Below, one piece after another: positions 56,870 through 64,000 of a stretch of DNA of 64,000 bases. The translations under genes were made by a program, and so were the position numbers. Position 1 is the first letter of the stretch. Each line of letters opens with the position of its first letter. Source of the stretch: an uncultured Spirochaetota bacterium (GTDB taxonomy: Bacteria > Spirochaetota > Spirochaetia > SZUA-6 > Fen-1364); the NCBI GenBank assembly GCA_963845535.1, contig CAWJSK010000012.1, positions 224,001-288,000 of the forward strand, read 5' to 3'. The notes beneath the pieces are model-generated. The model was not told the origin of the DNA. It searched no databases and saw only the letters and a program-made list of their open reading frames with translations.

Positions 56870-58119
56870 TGGCGGACAGAAAAGAACCCGTCTGGATGCA
56901 GGAGCTGCGGGCAAAGGCGCAGGAGCGGTTTGACGGAATGAGCTGGCCCACCACCTCGGATGAGGAGTGGCGCCGCACGGATGTGAGCGGGATCAACGCC
57001 CTGTCCTTTGCGCCCGCCCCTCGCGCAAACGGCGTAAAGCCGGTAATCGCCAACGCCGATGGCGTGGCGGGGACGCTGCGCTTCGACGCGGGCCGGCCCG
57101 TAGAGGCTGGAATCTCACCCGCGTGGAAAGACCGCGGCGTTCGGCTGTTGTCCCTGGCGGATGCCCTGGAGGAGTTCGAGAAACCGCTCAGCGACATTTT
57201 CGATGAAGGGGTGGACGCTTCGGACAACCGGTTCACGATGTGGCACTACGCCTCCTGGAGCCATGGCGCGTTTCTCATGGTCCCGGCCGGCCTGGAGATA
57301 CCCGAGCCTTTCCTCATCGATTTCACGGAAAGAGGGGACGGGGTCCTGAGCGCTCCCCACGTCGTGGTGGTCCTGGGTGAAGGGGCGCGCGCCTCGGTCA
57401 TCCACAGGATCACGGGAGAGCGTGGCGGGGCCGGGGAGCGCATCCTCTGCAACGCCGGGCTGGACCTCATGCTCTCCGACGCCTCCGCGCTCCAGTACTT
57501 CGAGGGCCAGTACCTGGGGCCGCAGTCCCTGTACTTCCGCCAGGCGCGCACGCGCGGCGGGCGGGACAGCTCGCTTCGCCACTACGACGCGGCGCTGGGG
57601 GGCAAGCTCGTGAAGACGCGCATTGACTGCGGGCTTGCCGGCAAGGGAAGCGAGGCGTTCCTGAACGGCGTGTACTTCTGCCGCGACGGCCAGCACATGG
57701 ACATCCGCACCGTCCAGCGCCATCACTCCCCTTCCGCCACGAGCCGGGCCTACTACAAGGGCGCGGTGGCAAGCGGAGGCCGCTCGGTGTTCCAGGGCTT
57801 GATCGAGGTGGATCCCGGCGCATCGGGAACGGACGCGTACCTCACCAACCGCAACCTGATCCTCGGGGACGCCGCGCGGTCGGACTCCATCCCGACCCTG
57901 CGGATCGGGAACAACGACGTGCGCTGCAGCCACGGCTCCACCACGGGCCGCCTGAGCGAAGAGGAGCTTTTCTATCTTGAGAGCAGGGGGCTGTCCCGCG
58001 TCGAGTCGCGCGAGATGCTCGTGATGGGCTACTTCGAGGACCTCCTGGACCACGCGCCGGAGGCGTATCGCGAGGGAGCCCTGGAGCAGATCCGCGAGCG
58101 CCTGGCCAGCGCGGCGTGA
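56869..58119 (+). CDS. sufD: Fe-S cluster assembly protein SufD
   Basis: EEWRRT, QHMD, SVFQG.I, SIPTL.I..NDVRCSHGST, LFYLESRG. Confidence 0.94.
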   Translation: MADRKEPVWMQELRAKAQERFDGMSWPTTSDEEWRRTDVSGINALSFAPAPRANGVKPVIANADGVAGTLRFDAGRPVEAGISPAWKDRGVRLLSLADALEEFEKPLSDIFDEGVDASDNRFTMWHYASWSHGAFLMVPAGLEIPEPFLIDFTERGDGVLSAPHVVVVLGEGARASVIHRITGERGGAGERILCNAGLDLMLSDASALQYFEGQYLGPQSLYFRQARTRGGRDSSLRHYDAALGGKLVKTRIDCGLAGKGSEAFLNGVYFCRDGQHMDIRTVQRHHSPSATSRAYYKGAVASGGRSVFQGLIEVDPGASGTDAYLTNRNLILGDAARSDSIPTLRIGNNDVRCSHGSTTGRLSEEELFYLESRGLSRVESREMLVMGYFEDLLDHAPEAYREGALEQIRERLASAA

Positions 58120-58132
58120 GCGCCGCGGCAGC

Positions 58133-58459
58133 ATGAGCGCGTCGGTGGAAACGTGGGTCAGGGTCGCCTCTGAAGAGGAGCTGGTCACCAGCATCTGCGT
58201 GACCGTGGAGGGGAAGGCCATCGCGCTCTTCCGATCGGAGGAAGGGGTTTTCGCGCTGGATGACGTCTGCTCCCACGAGTACTCCCGCCTGTCCGAGGGA
58301 GAGGTGTGGGAGAGAGAGGTGTACTGCCCCAAGCACGGGTCGCGTTTCGCCCTTGCCACGGGGGCCGTGACGGGCCTTCCCGCTACGCAGCCGGTGCGCT
58401 CGTGGCCGGTCAAGGTTGAAAACGGGGGGATCTGGATAGCATGGCAGTCGCAAAAGTAG
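58133..58459 (+). CDS. Rieske-type [2Fe-2S] ferredoxin
   Basis: DDVCSH...CPKHGSRF.L.TG. Confidence 0.93.
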   Translation: MSASVETWVRVASEEELVTSICVTVEGKAIALFRSEEGVFALDDVCSHEYSRLSEGEVWEREVYCPKHGSRFALATGAVTGLPATQPVRSWPVKVENGGIWIAWQSQK

Positions 58460-59688
58460 CCGCCATGGGCGGACGCACGGTGGAAGACGTGCGTGAAGAT
58501 TTTCCCATCCTTGACCGCACCGTGCATGGGAAGGTGCTCGCCTACCTGGACAACGCGGCAACTTCCCAGAAGCCGCGCGCCGTCCTGGATGCAATCCGCG
58601 TGTACTACGAACGGGGAAACGCAAACGTCCACCGCGCCCTTCACGCGCTCGGAGAGGAAGCCACCGCGGCTTTCGAGCACGACCGCGCGAAGGTCCAGCG
58701 CCTGGTGAACGCGCGCTCGAAGCGCGAGATCATTTTCACGCGCGGGACCACGGAGGCAATCAACCTCGTGGCCAGCTCCTGGGGGGATGCGTTCCTGAAG
58801 AAAGGGGACGTGATCCTTCTCAGCGACATGGAGCACCACTCCAATCTCGTGCCATGGCAGCTCGTCTGTGCGCGCAAGGGCTGCACGCTTGCGTTCATTC
58901 CCCTCACCCCGCAGGGCACGCTGGACCTGGAGGGGGCGGAGAAACTGTGGACGGACAGGGTCCGCATGGTGGCCGTCACCCACGTCTCCAACGTCCTGGG
59001 CACCGTGAACGACGTGAAAGCCATCACGGAAATGGCTCACGCGCGGGGGGCGCTGGTGCTGGTGGACGGCGCGCAGTCCGTACCGCACTTCCGCGTGGAC
59101 GTTGCGGACATCGACTGCGACTTCCTGGCGTTTTCCGGCCATAAGATGTGCGCGCCCATGGGCATCGGCGTCCTGTACGGAAAGGAACACCTCCTGGAAC
59201 AGATGCCTCCGTGGATGGGCGGCGGTGAAATGATCAGCTCCGTGCACAAGGAAAAGTCCACGTGGAACGAGCTGCCGTACAAGTTCGAGGCGGGAACGCC
59301 GAACGTTGAGGGAGCCATTGGCCTGGGCGCGGCAATCGACTACCTCCACGCGTTGGAGTTCCCGGCCATCGAGGCATGGGAAGCGGAGCTCACGCGATAT
59401 GCCTTGGAACGGCTGCAGGAAGTTCCCGAGCTCACCATCTACGGTTCGGCGGCGCATCGAGGCGCCGTCATATCCTTCAACCTCGGCTCCATCCACGCTC
59501 ACGACGTGGCGCAATACCTGGACAAGGAGGGGATTGCGGTGAGGGCAGGCCACCACTGCGCTCAGCCGCTCATGCGGCTGCTTGACATCCCCGGCACGGC
59601 CCGCGCGAGCTTCTCCTTCTACAACACGTTCTCCGAGATCGACCGTCTCCATGACGCGCTCCTGGCCGCCGCGGAGTTCTATGCATGA
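58441..59688 (+). CDS. sufS: Cysteine desulfurase SufS
   Basis: YLDNAATSQKP, EHHSN, DGAQ, FSGHK, RAGHHCAQP. Confidence 0.97.
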   Translation: MAVAKVAAMGGRTVEDVREDFPILDRTVHGKVLAYLDNAATSQKPRAVLDAIRVYYERGNANVHRALHALGEEATAAFEHDRAKVQRLVNARSKREIIFTRGTTEAINLVASSWGDAFLKKGDVILLSDMEHHSNLVPWQLVCARKGCTLAFIPLTPQGTLDLEGAEKLWTDRVRMVAVTHVSNVLGTVNDVKAITEMAHARGALVLVDGAQSVPHFRVDVADIDCDFLAFSGHKMCAPMGIGVLYGKEHLLEQMPPWMGGGEMISSVHKEKSTWNELPYKFEAGTPNVEGAIGLGAAIDYLHALEFPAIEAWEAELTRYALERLQEVPELTIYGSAAHRGAVISFNLGSIHAHDVAQYLDKEGIAVRAGHHCAQPLMRLLDIPGTARASFSFYNTFSEIDRLHDALLAAAEFYA

Positions 59689-60125
59689 ACCCCTTCGATG
59701 ACCTGTACCAGGAGATCGTCCTCGATCACTACCGTTCGCCGCGAAACAAGGCAAAGCTGGACAACGTCCCGGAATCCATGGTCCATGAGAACCCTTCTTG
59801 TGGAGACTCGATCAAGCTGGAGGTCATTGTGGACGATTCCGGAAGGCTCAGCGGCGTCAGGTTCGACGGGCGGGGATGCGCCATCAGCACGGCGTCCGCG
59901 TCACTCATGACCGAGAAGCTCAAAGGCCTGACGGTGGAAGAGGCGCGCGCCATGGCGAACAGCTTCATCAGGTCCCTCCGCGGCGATGATCCGGTTGAAG
60001 CGCTGGAAAACATGGGTGACCTGGTGGCGTTCAAGGGAGTCGCGCAGTTTCCCGTTCGCGTGAAGTGCGCCACGCTTGCCTGGCACGCATTCTTGCTCTC
60101 GTTGCCAAAAGCATCGGCAGCCTGA
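59685..60125 (+). CDS. sufU: SUF system sulfur-transfer/scaffold protein SufU
   Basis: LYQEIVLDH, NPSCGD, GCAISTASAS, RVKCATLAW. Confidence 0.95.
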   Translation: MNPFDDLYQEIVLDHYRSPRNKAKLDNVPESMVHENPSCGDSIKLEVIVDDSGRLSGVRFDGRGCAISTASASLMTEKLKGLTVEEARAMANSFIRSLRGDDPVEALENMGDLVAFKGVAQFPVRVKCATLAWHAFLLSLPKASAA

Positions 60126-60185
60126 GGGCCCCCGGGCTGCGCGACGGTAGTTTTCCTCGCCCCACGGACCGGATTTCCCTATCTT

Positions 60186-61259
60186 ATGTCCATGTTTGAA
60201 TGCTTTGATCCTCGCCAGGGCAAAATGCTTTGCCTGCTCGACGAGTCTGGAACGCTCCACGCGCCTCCGGAAGGCTTCCCGCTCCTTAGTGACGAGCAGG
60301 CTTTAACCGCGTACCGAGCCATGATCCTGGCCCGGGCAGCGGATGAGTGGGCATTGAGCCTCAACCGGCAGGGCAGGATGCCCACCTACGCGCTGAACGA
60401 GGGCCAGGAAGCCAACTCCGTGGGCGCCCTCATGGGGCTGCGGCCGGATGACTGGTTCGTTCCCGCCTTTCGCGAGCTGGGCGGCATGCTCATGCGCGGC
60501 TTCACCCTCGCGCAATACTACCTGTACTGGTACGGCAACGAGGAAGGGAGCAGGCTTGACCCGGAGAAGTTCCACATGATGCCGGTGGCCATTCCCGTCG
60601 GGAGCCAGATGGTGCATGCGGTGGGGATTGCGTGGGCGGAGAGATACAAGGGCACGGACCGCGTGGTGACGACATTCATGGGTGAAGGGGCAACCTCCGA
60701 GGGGGATTTTCACGAGGCGTGCAACCTTGCCGGCGTGTGGAAAGCCGGGGTCATCTTCTACGTGCAGAACAATCACTGGGCAATCTCTCTTCCCTGGGAG
60801 AAGCAGAGCGCGTCCCCCACAGCGGCGGAGAAGGCATTTGCATACGGTTTCGAAGGGGTGCGAATCGACGGCAACGACATCTTTGCGGTGTACGCAACGG
60901 TGAAAGCCGCCGCCGAACGCGCCCGTCGCGGAGAGGGTCCGACTCTCATCGAGGGGCTCACCTATCGATTGGGGGCTCATACCACCTCGGATGATCCCAC
61001 GCGGTATCGCGCGGACGAAGACGTGAAGCGATGGCGGCAGCGCGACCCCGTGACGCGCCTCGAGCGCTTCCTTCTGGAGCGGGAGATACTCACCTCGGAG
61101 GACATGCGCGCCATCCGAGAGGAGTCGGTCACGTGGGCGCGCGAAAGCTTCGAGGAGGTCGAGCACTCGACGGATCCCACGCTGGAGGATACGTACCGCT
61201 ACCTCTACCATGAGGTCCCCCCCATCCTCCAGGAGCAGATGGACCGGAGGAAAGGGTGA
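60186..61259 (+). CDS. pdhA: 2-oxoacid (pyruvate) dehydrogenase E1 alpha
   Basis: LNRQGR, GQEA, GEGATSEGDFHE...NN.WAIS, DGND, YRLGAHTTSDDPTRYR; start may be ATG60192. Confidence 0.93.
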   Translation: MSMFECFDPRQGKMLCLLDESGTLHAPPEGFPLLSDEQALTAYRAMILARAADEWALSLNRQGRMPTYALNEGQEANSVGALMGLRPDDWFVPAFRELGGMLMRGFTLAQYYLYWYGNEEGSRLDPEKFHMMPVAIPVGSQMVHAVGIAWAERYKGTDRVVTTFMGEGATSEGDFHEACNLAGVWKAGVIFYVQNNHWAISLPWEKQSASPTAAEKAFAYGFEGVRIDGNDIFAVYATVKAAAERARRGEGPTLIEGLTYRLGAHTTSDDPTRYRADEDVKRWRQRDPVTRLERFLLEREILTSEDMRAIREESVTWARESFEEVEHSTDPTLEDTYRYLYHEVPPILQEQMDRRKG

Positions 61260-62240
61260 GAGTCCTTACCCTCCTGGAGGCTGTTACCGACGGACTTCGC
61301 GCCGAGATGGCATCGGACACGTCCGTAGTGGTCTTTGGCCAGGACGTCGGTGTCGAGGGTGGAGTCTTTCGGGCAACCGCGGGACTCCAGAAGGACTTCG
61401 GAGAGTCGCGGTGCTTCGACACACCGCTCATGGAATCCGGGATCGTCGGAGCGGCTATTGGCATGGCGGTGGCAGGGCTGCGCCCGGTGGTGGAGATCCA
61501 GTTCTCGGGCTTCATGCTTTCAGCCTTCAACCAGATCGTCAATCACGCCGCCCGGATCAGGAACAGGACGCGCGGCTCACTGAGCGCGCCGTATGGTGAT
61601 CCGCACCCCGTACGGCGGAGGCATCCGCGCGCCCGAGCACCACTCGGAGAGCATGGAAGCGCTGTTCGGCCACACCCCCGGGCTCAAGGTCGTGGTGCCT
61701 TCCACGCCGCACGACGCCAAGGGCCTTTTGATCTCCGCCATCAGGGACCCGGACCCCGTGATCTTCCTGGAGCCCGCGCGCGCCTACCGCGCCGTGCGCC
61801 AGCAGGTGCCCGAGCAGGCGTACGCCATCCCCATCGGCAAGGCGAAGATCGAGGAGCCCGGGACGGAGCTGACCCTCGTGTCCTACGGGGCGCAGATGAT
61901 GGAGGCGCGCCAGGCGCGCGCGGCCCTGGCCGCGGAGGGCCGTTCCGTCGAGCTGATCGACCTCCGGACCATCTATCCCTTCGACGCAAAGACCGTGGTC
62001 GACTCCGTCAGAAAGACCGGGCGGCTTCTCGTTGTCCATGAAGGCCCTCAGAGCTTCGGTGTGGCCTCGGAGCTGATTGCCACGGTGCTGGACAAGGCAT
62101 TCGACGCGCTGGAAGCGCCGCCGTCACGACTGACCGGCCCTGACGTCATTGTGCCGCTCCCTCGGGGGGAAAGGCACTACCTTATCTCCGCGCAACAGGT
62201 GATCGCGGAAGCCAGGAAGGTGCTCAGCTATGAGCCATGA
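61256..62240 (+). CDS. pdhB: 2-oxoacid dehydrogenase E1 beta (frameshift ~61592)
   Basis: GQDVG..GGVFRAT, DTPL.E, VEIQF, then EHHSES, DLRTI.P.D, VHE in the shifted frame. Confidence 0.92.
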
Positions 62241-63533
62241 TCCAGCGGTGCACGAGTTTCGGTTCCCCGACATCGGAGAAGGTCTTACCGAGGGCAGGGT
62301 TGTGGAGGTACGGGTTGCCTGCGGCCAGCACGTCCGGCAGGGGGACGCCCTTGCCGTGGTGGAGACCGACAAGGTCGTCACCGAGATCCCGTCCCCGTTC
62401 GACGGGGAGATCGTGGAGCTTCCCGTCAGCCCCGGCACGGTCGTTCACGTCGGTGAGATCGTAGCCCTGATTCGCACGGCAGTGGCGGAAGCGGCAGTGG
62501 CGGAAGCCCAGACGGACCACTCGGCCTCCGTCGTGGGCAAGCTTGATTCCACGATTGGCGGGCTTCTCCCGCCCAGCACCGAGGGACTGGTCCCACCTGC
62601 TTCACCTGCACTTGCGGCGTCCCTGTTCAGCGGCAACGGCGCGGAGGCTCACGCCACCGCGGCCGTGCGCGCCACCCCAGCGGTGCGCGCCACCCCCCTT
62701 GCCCGAAGAATCGCTTCAACCGCCGGCATAGACCTCTCCTCCATCCGGGAACCGGCCCGGGAGGCAGGATTCTGAAGAAGGACGTCCAGGAACAGCCGAG
62801 AGGCGGCGCAGCTTCCGAAGCGGCTCAAGAGACCTCTCAGCCGGCGATCGGGCAGCCTCGGCTGAAACTGTCCACGCTCAGGACCGCCATCGCTGTAGCC
62901 ATGGAGAAAAGCCAGGCAATCCCCGCGGCCGCGGTCCACGACTGGACCGTGGTGGATGAGCTTCTGAAGCTGCGCAAGGCGATGAACGAGGGCCTCCGAG
63001 AGAAGCTCGGCCTCCTTGCATTCTTCATCAAAGCCGCGGCAGAGGCGCTGCGCAAGTTCCCGCTCCTCAACTCCATCTACTTCCCCGAAAAGCGGGAGTA
63101 CGAGACGGGGGAGACCCCGAACATCGGCGTCGCGGTGGACACGGATGAGGGCCTCGTGGTGCCCGTCATACGGAGCTCGGACGCGCTCAGCGTTGACGAG
63201 ATCCAGGCGGAGCTGACGCGGCTCACCGCCCGGGCAAAATCCCGGCAACTCGCCCTGGAAGAGATCCGGGGAGGCACTTTCACGATCTCCAACTTCGGCT
63301 CCTTCTCCGGTGTATTCGGAAACCCCATGATCCTGCCTCCGCAGGTGGGAATCCTCGGCGTGGGACGAATCCACGAGATGGCAGTGGTAAAGGATGGGGC
63401 GGTTTCCGCCGCGTCCGTGCTTCCCCTGTCCCTCGTGGTGGACCATCGGCTCATCGATGGCGTCTACGCCTGCAAGTTCCTGGCTCGATTCATGGAGCTG
63501 ATCTCCAAGCCTTCGCTCCTCGTGGCTGCTTAG
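62230..63533 (+). CDS. pdhC: Dihydrolipoamide acyltransferase E2 (frameshift ~62748)
   Basis: PDIGEGLTEG, VETDK lipoyl site, ATP.AR..A...GTGPGGRI..DV after restoring one G, GTFTISN, DHRLIDG. Confidence 0.92.
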
Positions 63534-63664
63534 GATCGTTTTCAAACGATATCTCCCGCAAGGGGTGGCCTGTGCATTCCGGACACGCGGCCACGTCACG
63601 ACATCGCCTGCCCCTTGTTCGTAGATTCGCAAAGGTCGCTGCAGCGAACGGCCCATCCTCGCCT

Positions 63665-63695
63665 TTGCCTATACCTGAGTAAAACACTAATATAT
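63665..63695 (+). promoter_or_regulatory. Putative sod promoter TTGCCT-N17-TAATAT with an overlapping Rrf2-like site
   Basis: -35 at 63665-63670, -10 at 63688-63693; ATACCTGAGTAAAACACTAATATAT (63671-63695) loosely resembles the suf site. Confidence 0.45.
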
Positions 63696-63726
63696 AATCG
63701 TCTTGTGAACCCATAGGAGGTAGAAA

Positions 63727-64000
63727 ATGCCGTTCACACTTCCGGATCTTCCGTATCCTTTCAGCGCCCTTGAGCCGCACATAGACGCCAAGACCATGGA
63801 AATCCACCACGACAAGCACCATGGAACGTACGTCACGCGCCTGAATGCCGCTCTGGAGAAAGCCCCTGCCTTCCAGAACAAGCCCATCGAAGAGATATTG
63901 CAGTCACTGGACAAAATCCCCAAGGAGGTTCAGGGAGCCGTCCGCAACCATGGCGGCGGGCACTACAATCACACGTTGTTCTGGAAGATGCTTGCTCCCC
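63727..64000 (+). CDS. sodA: Superoxide dismutase, Mn/Fe family (probably Mn), 3' end outside the window; absent from the ORF track
   Basis: [38 protein letters not shown]...[14 protein letters not shown]. Confidence 0.95.
   Translation, partial: MPFTLPDLPYPFSALEPHIDAKTMEIHHDKHHGTYVTRLNAALEKAPAFQNKPIEEILQSLDKIPKEVQGAVRNHGGGHYNHTLFWKMLAP

Noticed and set aside
61580..61600. Programmed ribosomal frameshift in pdhB or recQ
   Set aside because: No slippery heptamer or stimulatory structure seen; the window-wide indel pattern explains it better.
62478..62700. Short tandem repeats in pdhC (GGCAGTGGCGGAAGC x2; AVRATP x2)
   Set aside because: Ordinary low-complexity Ala-rich E2 linker.
1..64000. 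tRNA/rRNA genes, IS elements, prophage, toxin-antitoxin or recognised defence operons
   Set aside because: Intergenic gaps are short with no cloverleaf or terminal inverted repeats seen; no transposase, integrase or phage proteins recognised.

Overview
GC-rich bacterial chromosomal window, probably from a free-living spirochaete (Spirochaetia). This is inferred from a class I LysRS and a PlzA/PilZN3-like protein. It holds about 58 protein-coding genes. I see no rRNA, tRNA, CRISPR array, transposase, integrase or phage genes. In order: LacI regulator end with a perfect operator palindrome; ParB-like and cupredoxin genes; ilvBN-leuCD-ilvD operon ending in an apparently catalytically dead DeoC with an encapsulation-peptide-like N-terminus; lysS-mntH-USP; PAS-GGDEF-EAL; a minus-strand run with a DEDDh exonuclease-WYL fusion, beta-alpha acetate-CoA ligase and NUDIX; AlaX-rhomboid-DUF4139-MoxR-DUF58-transglutaminase-TPR-HD-GYP; an AT-richer orphan wHTH/DUF4143-like gene; degenerate PlzA; DUF5939 adenylate cyclase; ALDH-SCP2-FeADH-SCP2 operon; protease-MoxR-DUF58-VWA; RecQ; PfkB; a three-gene Stn/NfnABC-type electron-bifurcating transhydrogenase; suf operon with an IscR-like site; pdhABC without E3; and the start of sodA. 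Seven genes carry single-base frameshifts, most likely long-read assembly errors. All calls come from motif recognition by eye; no database searches were run.
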